64,000 nt of DNA from the IMG/VR virus record IMGVR_UViG_3300020392_000008, positions 32,001 to 96,000 of that record. One strand, 5' to 3'. The stretch is from a virus. Below the pieces are notes generated by a model that worked only from the letters and a program-made list of their open reading frames with translations, did no database searches and was not told where the DNA came from. How positions within the stretch are numbered: position 1 is the first letter of the stretch; each line of letters begins with the position of its first letter. Shown here in pieces: positions 42,655-50,189 of the stretch. The position numbers and the translations under genes were made by a program.

Positions 42655-44232
42655 ATGAAGACTTTTATAAACAAAACGATTGATACGCTATCAGACAGCA
42701 ATGTTTCTAGTAATTCTTTAGTAAAGATTTTAATAGAATCTACTAAAAATTCTTTAGAAACAAATAGCGGTATATCTTCGACATATAATTCCCTAAAAAA
42801 TGGATTGGTAGAATTAAACAACCATTTAAAAAATGACACTATCACAAATATATTGGAACAGTTTGATAAATTTGAATATTCAGACAACAATAGAATAAAT
42901 GAAATGAATAAAGAAGCAGGTTTAGCTTTAGAAATAGAAAAAATAAAAACCAGTGATTCCTATTCTAACCCAATATGTCTTCAAAATGTAATTATTTTAG
43001 AAGAATCTATTAAGGAAAATCCTGAATTTTTATTCTATGGAAAGTTTGTAGATTTATTTAAACAGTTTTCTTATGATGACGTTGTAAAAGAATCAATTAC
43101 TAGAATATCTGATTATATAAACAAAAATGTTGAAAAGCTAATGGTATTAGATTCTATCAACAATATGAAAAAATCAAAGGGATACGAAAAAGATATAGAG
43201 GGATTAAGTAAAATGTTAATATCTGAATCTTATTCTAGTGAAGCTATTAAACATAGACTTAACAGTGAACTTCCAATACTTAAAGATCTTTATTCTAGAT
43301 TAGCTATGATAGAGTCTAAAAATTCTTCATCTTTTACTTTAGGTAGTGGAAATTCAGAATGTATTATAGAAAACACAATTGCACCTACTTTAAAAACAGG
43401 TAAAAACACTATTTTAAGTTTTATTGATAATAAATTTATTGCAATATCTACTAAAAACCTAACTAAAGGATCTATGCTATCTGAGTCTAAGTCATCTAAG
43501 GTTTATGAAATGGATGCAACATATATAAAAGAAAAATATAATTCTTTTTATACTTTATGTGAATCTTTTTTTAATTTAGGATTTAAAAAGTCTCAACATG
43601 GAATAAAATCAACATCAATAAAAAACTTTACTTTAGAATTTGCAGCAGATGAACTTGGTAAATTAGATGTATTTGTAAATGAAAGTATTGTAAAAAATCC
43701 TAAAGAATTTAACTTCAGTGAAATACTTACACTTGAGAGCAACTCTATTAAAACTCAAGTTAGTAAAATACTAAAAGAATCATCTAATATATTCAACTTA
43801 GAATTTATAAAAACTTTAACTAACAACTCTACAGGTAAAAGGGTTATAGTAATGGAATTAGAAGGAGATTATCACGTTTGCGAAATGTTAAATCAAGTAG
43901 AAAGAGTTTGGAAAAACGATATTAACGAATACAAATTACATAATTATATTTTAGAAAACTTTAAATACGATATTTCTTCTATATTTCAAGTAAAAATAGA
44001 CGAACAAAAATTAGCTATTAAAAACATTGAATCTAGAAAATCAGAAATTGAAAATAATATTTCTAAATTAGAAAATGAAGTTAATAAAATTAAAACTAAT
44101 ATTGAATCAGGACAAATAGATTCTAAATATTTTGGACAACTTGAAGACATCAAAGAGCAATTAGAAATTAAAATAAACTCTTTAAAAGAAGAAATTGTAG
44201 AAAACGATCTTAAAAAAAAAGAATTAGTCTAA
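42655..44232 (+). CDS. probable prohead core/scaffold-like protein
   Basis: About 11 hydrophobic-x-E-S sites (gp21-type cleavage-like), C-terminal coiled coil, preceded by GATAAATA. Confidence 0.5.
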   Translation: MKTFINKTIDTLSDSNVSSNSLVKILIESTKNSLETNSGISSTYNSLKNGLVELNNHLKNDTITNILEQFDKFEYSDNNRINEMNKEAGLALEIEKIKTSDSYSNPICLQNVIILEESIKENPEFLFYGKFVDLFKQFSYDDVVKESITRISDYINKNVEKLMVLDSINNMKKSKGYEKDIEGLSKMLISESYSSEAIKHRLNSELPILKDLYSRLAMIESKNSSSFTLGSGNSECIIENTIAPTLKTGKNTILSFIDNKFIAISTKNLTKGSMLSESKSSKVYEMDATYIKEKYNSFYTLCESFFNLGFKKSQHGIKSTSIKNFTLEFAADELGKLDVFVNESIVKNPKEFNFSEILTLESNSIKTQVSKILKESSNIFNLEFIKTLTNNSTGKRVIVMELEGDYHVCEMLNQVERVWKNDINEYKLHNYILENFKYDISSIFQVKIDEQKLAIKNIESRKSEIENNISKLENEVNKIKTNIESGQIDSKYFGQLEDIKEQLEIKINSLKEEIVENDLKKKELV

Positions 44233-44486
44233 TAAGCGAAAGCTTTGATGGAAATTATAAAAATACCCGTTCTTATAAAATAGGGCAAAGAGTTTCTGTC
44301 AAAGATAAAGTAGGAACTATAATAGGAGTAAATACCGCTATAAATGAGTATCAGATAATGATTAATGGAGTGTCAAAATCTTATAAATCTCAGGATATTT
44401 CTGAAATAGAAAAACTAAAATCTAAAAAAGTTAACCTTAAACTTAAAAAGAAAATTAAGGAAAAATCTTATCTAGATAAAAAATAA
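44214..44486 (+). CDS. start-less -1 frame extension of the 42655 gene (SH3/KOW-like domain plus basic tail)
   Basis: 90 sense codons starting at the A9 run 44212-44220: KKRISLISESFDGNYKNTRSYKIGQRVSVKDKVGTIIGVN...SYLDKK; fills an otherwise unannotated gap. Confidence 0.7.
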   Translation, partial: KKRISLISESFDGNYKNTRSYKIGQRVSVKDKVGTIIGVNTAINEYQIMINGVSKSYKSQDISEIEKLKSKKVNLKLKKKIKEKSYLDKK

Positions 44487-44492
44487 AAAAAA

Positions 44493-44684
44493 ATGATTTA
44501 TATTTCAATTTATATATTATTAGGTATTATAGTTACTTTTTTAACAGAGCTTTACGTTGAGCGCGTTAAGTATCTAGTCCCAGAAGAAGACAGGTTTGAA
44601 TTTGATGGAATAACTAGAGCGATTAACATATTTCTGTGGCCTATATTTTTACATAGAATAATTAAGTCTTACTTCTTTAATTAA
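44493..44684 (+). CDS. small membrane protein
   Basis: Two hydrophobic segments, LWP motif. Confidence 0.6.
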   Translation: MIYISIYILLGIIVTFLTELYVERVKYLVPEEDRFEFDGITRAINIFLWPIFLHRIIKSYFFN

Positions 44685-44756
44685 ACTTATCATATATTTT
44701 TTAGTATAATATTATTATAATAATCTTTAAACTATTGTTATGTTACATAGTATAAT
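44683..44756 (+). promoter_or_regulatory. tandem AAAC-N18-TATAAT promoters
   Basis: AAAC 44683/TATAAT 44705 and AAAC 44729/TATAAT 44751. Confidence 0.6.
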
Positions 44757-44794
44757 AAAATGGATCGACCTAAATTTAGGTTGGATATTTATAA

Positions 44795-45019
44795 ATGGCA
44801 GAAAAAGGGATCGATGGAATAGGACGTTACAAAATAAATATCCAGAAGAATTTAAACTTGATAATTATGAATAAAAATAAAGAAGCTGTATTATTATCTA
44901 AATTAATATTAGGTATAGCTTTTATTGTAACTGCGATAATTTTTCCTCCAATTATTTTAATTACCATAATTTTATGGGCCGGATGGATTGTTTTTAATAA
45001 TTATATGGATACTAGATGA
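44795..45019 (+). CDS. small membrane protein (start may be the later ATG at 44867)
   Basis: Hydrophobic hairpin in the C-terminal half. Confidence 0.5.
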   Translation: MAEKGIDGIGRYKINIQKNLNLIIMNKNKEAVLLSKLILGIAFIVTAIIFPPIILITIILWAGWIVFNNYMDTR

Positions 45020-45303
45020 AAAAGAAAATAAAAAAATCTATATGTGAAGAAGCTCATGATATAGTCAATAATAGAGACGAAGAAAAAGAAAGAATGTATG
45101 GACCTTTTAGCGAAGGAATGGATAGAGCAGCAAGTATTTTTAATGGAATGTCAGGTTTAAACATAACGGGTAAAGAAATGTTTATGGCAATGATAGCATT
45201 AAAGTTTTCAAGAGAATCTTATAATCATAAAAAAGATAATTTACTAGACGCAGTTGCATATATACAAGGTTTAGAAAACTACATGAATGAAAACAAAAAA
45301 TAA
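45016..45303 (+). CDS. DUF6378-like helical protein (phage nucleotide-metabolism associated)
   Basis: EAHDIVNNR...YGPF...MIALKFSRE...KDNLLDAVAY pattern. Confidence 0.65.
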   Translation: MKKKIKKSICEEAHDIVNNRDEEKERMYGPFSEGMDRAASIFNGMSGLNITGKEMFMAMIALKFSRESYNHKKDNLLDAVAYIQGLENYMNENKK

Positions 45304-45487
45304 ACATAAATATAAAATAGCAATTTCATATATAAATTCATCTGAAGACGAAATACAAATGGAATTAATAGACCTTATAACTAACAATATAGAATTTTCC
45401 ATGGAACAATACGCGAGAAATAGAAATCCTTTTAAATGGAAAATAATAAGAAAAATAGACATTGATAAAAACAAAAAAAATGATTAA
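45287..45487 (+). CDS. small hypothetical protein
   Basis: 66-aa ORF overlapping both neighbours. Confidence 0.55.
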   Translation: MKTKNKHKYKIAISYINSSEDEIQMELIDLITNNIEFSMEQYARNRNPFKWKIIRKIDIDKNKKND

Positions 45488-45956
45488 ATTAGAAGAATTC
45501 TTTAATGATGAAAGTAAGTTAAATCTTTTAAATTCTAACGAATTAAAAAAAATTAAAAACCCAGATAATATACAATATCTTATAGCAAACTATTTAATGG
45601 AAGATGGCGATGTTTTAAATGTTAAAAATCGTAGAGAAAATGAATTTTTTATACAACAGGAATTTATAGTAACTCAACCCGATGGTAAATGGTTTAAATA
45701 CCCTTTCTTATTAAGAAAGAATAAAGGTACGCCTGTCAAACAGGAATTAATGTATTTAAATCATTTAAGAAAAATATCTTTTGTAAAACATGTAATGTCT
45801 GGAAAAACACCTGATTCTTTTTCAATGTATGATGTTTTTACCAATAAACCATTTAATATAAATGAAGTAAATAAAGAATTTAGTAAAGAAGAAATAGTAG
45901 ATATTGCTAAAGAAGCAGATTTTGAAAACTTAAAATATACGTTAAATAATAATTAA
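45480..45956 (+). CDS. hypothetical protein
   Basis: ORF; ATG at 45480 more plausible than TTG at 45462. Confidence 0.55.
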   Translation: MIKLEEFFNDESKLNLLNSNELKKIKNPDNIQYLIANYLMEDGDVLNVKNRRENEFFIQQEFIVTQPDGKWFKYPFLLRKNKGTPVKQELMYLNHLRKISFVKHVMSGKTPDSFSMYDVFTNKPFNINEVNKEFSKEEIVDIAKEADFENLKYTLNNN

Positions 45957-45958
45957 AT

Positions 45959-47386
45959 ATGAAAAAAATAGCTATAATACTTGGAAGAGGAGTAGAAGGT
46001 TGTGGAGTAACTCGATGCGCAGTCGAATTTCAAAAAGCAACCCCTAATACAAAAATATTTGCAACAATAGATAAAAAATGGGCCCGTAGAGACACCATGG
46101 TTTTTGACAAAGATGAGTTTACTTGCGCAAATTCAGAGGAAATGAATAAAGTGCTAACAGAAGTTAATAAAAATTTCGATATGGCTCTTATATATTCTGT
46201 TCCTTCTAAAAAACATCCTGAAGATTGTCAAACTAATTTTGTTAAACTTGTTAAAGGAATAAATTTACCCAAAGCGATTATTCAACTAGACCATAAAATG
46301 CAGTCTTTAAGTAGAAATGGAAAGTTTGATGAAATATGCAGTAATGTAGATGTTTTAATGACTCATTCTTTAGAATCTGATTTTACAAGATGGGCAAAAA
46401 GAGAAAACGTAAATACTCCTTTCAAAAAAATGGCATTGGGTTTTACATATGATGATCATAGAGAAAAATACTGGCTGCCAATAAGTGAGCAAGATCATAA
46501 AACAGTTAGATGGATTGGTAGGCTATCTGGCTGGAAAGGACCTAATTTAATGATGGACTTTCATGCTCAACATTTAATGAAAGAAGGCTACATAACAATA
46601 CTTGAAGGACTAGAGGCAAGTATAGGTTGGGCAGGCATATTGTATGAAAAAGGAGATAATAAAAATGGAAAACCTTTTTATAAAGATAATGAAATAGTAA
46701 ATTATTTTAGACCTAGAAAAGAATTAAACGAGGTAAAATTTACAGAAGATTTGCATGGAAAAGAAATTCATGGAGCTGGAGCGTACTTATATCCTCCTTA
46801 TACAAATGTAGACTGCATGGAACGTATGGCAAAAAGTGCTTTTGGGTCTGATTTATACCATTTGAAAGCTCATATGTATGGTAACAATATTGAAAATTGC
46901 CATGCTGAAGTAATTGCATCTGGAACTATCCCTATTTTTCATAAACATTTTTGCGATAATGTAATACATAGAGTTACTGGAAACCCTGTAAGTGAAGATA
47001 GTCATAGTGGAACAATAGGACTTGATAAAACTAATTTTAATAAATGTTCAAATCTTATGGTTAAATTATCTAATGATCCTGTGATGAGAGATGAAATGAG
47101 AGAAATGTCATTTGAATATTGGAAAAAGCATTCAAACGCAGAAATATGTACACATGAAATCATTAAAAATCTAGAAGATATAGTATCAGAAAAAGGTTTT
47201 ATAGGTGCACAGGAATCCTCTAATGTACCTAATGATAATAACCAATTAAGTATATTTGATTCAATAGAAAGTACACCAAAAGTATCTAATGCTATTATAG
47301 AAGAAAATTTACAAAAAAATTCTAATGATGTTACTAATGAAACTGTAGATTATGATTCATTATTAAATGACTTAAAAAACTTATAA
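45959..47386 (+). CDS. agt: DNA alpha-glucosyltransferase-like GT-B enzyme (T4 Agt family)
   Basis: N-terminus KIAIILGRGVEGCGVT matches T4 Agt RICIFMARGLEGCGVT; RWIGR..GWKG, LEGLE, ENCHAE..ASGTIPIF. Confidence 0.8.
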   Translation: MKKIAIILGRGVEGCGVTRCAVEFQKATPNTKIFATIDKKWARRDTMVFDKDEFTCANSEEMNKVLTEVNKNFDMALIYSVPSKKHPEDCQTNFVKLVKGINLPKAIIQLDHKMQSLSRNGKFDEICSNVDVLMTHSLESDFTRWAKRENVNTPFKKMALGFTYDDHREKYWLPISEQDHKTVRWIGRLSGWKGPNLMMDFHAQHLMKEGYITILEGLEASIGWAGILYEKGDNKNGKPFYKDNEIVNYFRPRKELNEVKFTEDLHGKEIHGAGAYLYPPYTNVDCMERMAKSAFGSDLYHLKAHMYGNNIENCHAEVIASGTIPIFHKHFCDNVIHRVTGNPVSEDSHSGTIGLDKTNFNKCSNLMVKLSNDPVMRDEMREMSFEYWKKHSNAEICTHEIIKNLEDIVSEKGFIGAQESSNVPNDNNQLSIFDSIESTPKVSNAIIEENLQKNSNDVTNETVDYDSLLNDLKNL

Positions 47387-47389
47387 AAC

Positions 47390-47734
47390 ATGCCAAATAT
47401 ATCAGGTAAATTAAAAGTTAAATACGATGAAGTACAATTAACTGAAAAATTCAAAAAAAGAGAATTCGTAATTCAATTACCAACAACCGGTTATAATGGA
47501 TCAAATGAATACGTGAAATTTTCTTTAATAATGGATAATTGTTCAATGATAGATTCTTTTTCAGAAGGAGAGTCCATTATAGTATCCTATGAAGTAAAAG
47601 CTAGAGAATGGGTAAATCCAGAAAATGAAACAGTTTATATTAATGATGTAAAGGCATTATCAATTAAATACAATACTGAAGAAGCTCCTGTTGAAATAGA
47701 CATGTCAGGGAGCGGAGACGACTTGCCTTTTTAA
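47390..47734 (+). CDS. DUF3127 OB-fold / SSB-like protein
   Basis: FKKREFVI...VKFSL...KAREW, acidic tail DDLPF. Confidence 0.8.
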   Translation: MPNISGKLKVKYDEVQLTEKFKKREFVIQLPTTGYNGSNEYVKFSLIMDNCSMIDSFSEGESIIVSYEVKAREWVNPENETVYINDVKALSIKYNTEEAPVEIDMSGSGDDLPF

Positions 47735-47760
47735 TTATAAAACCATAAGCATTATTTATA

Positions 47761-47772
47761 GATATATAAATA
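47761..47772 (+). promoter_or_regulatory. T4-like late promoter (GATATATAAATA, contains TATAAATA)
   Basis: Exact TATAAATA at 47765-47772, 20 nt before the 47792 start; identical 12-mer at 59462. Confidence 0.6.
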
Positions 47773-47791
47773 AAAGAATTATCTATACATA

Positions 47792-49486
47792 ATGGATTTA
47801 TCAATACAATATACTCAAGAATTACAGTCTAAAGAAGGTCAAGAAATTCTAAATGCATTAAAAAGTAAAATGCATATTTTAGAAGAAGCTTTAGATTTAA
47901 ACAATTTAATACCTGAAATTAGATCTTTATCAGAGAAAGATTTCTTTAAAAGTCCTATATTAAGAAGTGAATTGCGTTTAATAAATGAAGCAGAAGCAGC
48001 AGAATTAGAAGCAGCGGCTGTTAGTGGAGATGAAGCAGCAATAGACAATGTACTTGCTAATTCTGGAGGACTGCCTTCCCCTAGCGGAGGAATACTTAGT
48101 ATGTTAAAAAGCTTATTAAGTACTCTAACCGAGGGAGGAAGCCCCATAGGAATATTACATTTAGTATTAGATTTTATAGGTCTAGTTGGAGATGCATTTT
48201 TAGTAGTAGGAATACCGTTAGGTATGGTAGCAGATTGTATTAATGGTATAATTTATATGTTTAGAGGAAAATGGATACTTGGATTAATATCTTTAATAGC
48301 AATGATACCTTTTGGAGGAGACGTTGCTAAAGGATTTAAAGGTGTAGCTCATACCTTTTCAAAACCTTTTTCTAAACTGGCAACTAAAGGCGCTGGAAAA
48401 GGGATAGCTAAAGAATCAGCTGAGGTGTTAATGAAACAAGAAGGTAAAGCTTTTGGTAAAAGTAAAAGATTTTTAGAATATATTAAAAAATCAGCCGCTA
48501 AAGTGGCATCTAGTATTTCAAGCGCAGTTTCTTTCTTATTAAAAGACGTTATTGGAAAAGCAGTTGGTTGGGTTCCTTTTATTGGAAAACCATTAAGAAG
48601 ATTCTTTACTAAAATCGCAAACTTTGCAAAAAATATTGCAGATAATTTATTAGTATTTTCAAAAACAGTAGACGCCCCTATTGCTAAAGCAATTAGCAAA
48701 AAAGCTGCTAAGAATTTTAAATACATGGATGAAGCTCTCGCAGCAGGAGGAAAAGTAGTAAAAGAAGGTGAAAAATTAGTTATTAAAAAAGGAGGAAAAG
48801 TGGTTAAAAAAATACCAATAGAAGACCTTGCTAAGTATTCAAATATATCTAAGAAATTCCCAGATGGTCCAATGTCTAAAATTTTAAAAAATTCAGATGA
48901 TGTAGCTGACTTTTATACTTTTGTATCTCAACGGGGCGGAGCCGCAAGAGCATTTTTAACAAGGAATAAAAATGTCTTAATATTAAGAGGATTAGGTCTA
49001 GGTAAATTTGGATCTTTTATAGCTAAGCAAATTGTTAAATTACTGGGTTCATCTGCAAATGCCCTCTCTGATTTTGAAAGAGAAGGAATGAGTGATATAA
49101 TAACTACACAGGAATTAAATGACAGAATGGAGGAACACGCTCAAAATGAAAAAGAAAGAAAAGGTTCTGTAATAGACGTTCCTTATATAGATCAACAACT
49201 TAAAGATAGACCTGAAACAGAATTAGATGAAGGTGATTTAGTTTACGATTTACAGCGGCATTTAGATTATAACGCTAAAAGAATGGGTCTTCCTAGTTTT
49301 CCATCTTATATATATGCTAGAGCAAAAGAGGAAAATGAACAAGAAATGATAGATGTTTACACAGAACATGCAATATCTGATGAAGAATATAATAAAATAA
49401 TGGGTATACAAAACAGTGGAGCAAAAGCTCTTGAAAGTAAACAATATTCTAAAAACTTAAAGTATATCAAGCCTTTTACTTTATGA
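47792..49486 (+). CDS. protein with pre-toxin TG-like hydrophobic hairpin, probable internal virion protein
   Basis: HLVLDFIGLVG...GMVADCINGIIY...GLISLIAMIPFGGDVAKG; C-terminal KNLKYIKPF tag. Confidence 0.55.
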   Translation: MDLSIQYTQELQSKEGQEILNALKSKMHILEEALDLNNLIPEIRSLSEKDFFKSPILRSELRLINEAEAAELEAAAVSGDEAAIDNVLANSGGLPSPSGGILSMLKSLLSTLTEGGSPIGILHLVLDFIGLVGDAFLVVGIPLGMVADCINGIIYMFRGKWILGLISLIAMIPFGGDVAKGFKGVAHTFSKPFSKLATKGAGKGIAKESAEVLMKQEGKAFGKSKRFLEYIKKSAAKVASSISSAVSFLLKDVIGKAVGWVPFIGKPLRRFFTKIANFAKNIADNLLVFSKTVDAPIAKAISKKAAKNFKYMDEALAAGGKVVKEGEKLVIKKGGKVVKKIPIEDLAKYSNISKKFPDGPMSKILKNSDDVADFYTFVSQRGGAARAFLTRNKNVLILRGLGLGKFGSFIAKQIVKLLGSSANALSDFEREGMSDIITTQELNDRMEEHAQNEKERKGSVIDVPYIDQQLKDRPETELDEGDLVYDLQRHLDYNAKRMGLPSFPSYIYARAKEENEQEMIDVYTEHAISDEEYNKIMGIQNSGAKALESKQYSKNLKYIKPFTL

Positions 49487-50019
49487 AATCTGTAAACTAT
49501 ATAAAACCCATAAAAATATGGGAATCTGAAGAAGTAGGGATGAACTTTAAGGATTTATTACTCAGGGCCCCGGGCGAATTAGTTCAAATAGCAATGTCTT
49601 TGAAAAAAGTTGCTCAAAACCCAAAATGGCACCCTGAAGGAAATACATTAAAGCACATAATAACTGTTTTTAAAAGAGCAGTTGAGCATTATCCAGGCAA
49701 TATAGATATTGCTATGGCCGCTTTTTTTCATGATTTAGGAAAACTAGATACATATGAAATAAGCCCTAAAACAGGTCAACCTACTGCACATGGTCATGAA
49801 ATAGTTAGCGCTGAACTTGTTAAAAAATACTCTAATTGGATAAGTGAAATAGGAGCAGACCCTGAGGTAGTTCATTATATTGTTATAAATCACATGAAAA
49901 TGAAACCATCTATTTGGAATGTAATGAGAGATAAAAAGAAAGACAAGATTAAATCATCTGATTCCTTTAAAGATCTTGAAAAATTTTCAAAAATAGATAG
50001 AGGAGGCTTAGATATTTAA
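49483..50019 (+). CDS. HD-domain phosphohydrolase (CCA-enzyme HD type)
   Basis: QNPKWHPEGNTLKH, AAFFHDLGK, AHGHE, NHM, terminal D.GG. Confidence 0.88.
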   Translation: MKSVNYIKPIKIWESEEVGMNFKDLLLRAPGELVQIAMSLKKVAQNPKWHPEGNTLKHIITVFKRAVEHYPGNIDIAMAAFFHDLGKLDTYEISPKTGQPTAHGHEIVSAELVKKYSNWISEIGADPEVVHYIVINHMKMKPSIWNVMRDKKKDKIKSSDSFKDLEKFSKIDRGGLDI

Positions 50020-50154
50020 TTATCTGCCCTGTCCTCTATATCTTTTCTTATAATGCTTTGATTTTTTACTATTTGAAGTTTTACATTTAGCATGAACACC
50101 CTTTCTTTTTAATTTAGTTTTATCAAGCGCGCCTATTGATCTAACTTTAGCCAT
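50020..50154 (-). CDS. 44-aa basic peptide ending KKRYRGQGR (not in ORF track)
   Basis: Hand translation MAKVRSIGALDKTKLKRKGVHAKCKTSNSKKSKHYKKRYRGQGR; AT-rich late-type leader. Confidence 0.75.
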   Translation of the reverse strand: MAKVRSIGALDKTKLKRKGVHAKCKTSNSKKSKHYKKRYRGQGR

Positions 50155-50189
50155 TTTATATAATATTTTTTATTATATATTATTTAAAA

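Noticed and set aside
44760-44822. 20-codon ORF MDRPKFRLDIYKWQKKGSME right after the TATAAT at 44751
   Set aside because: Too short to support; could be a leaderless peptide but there is no independent evidence
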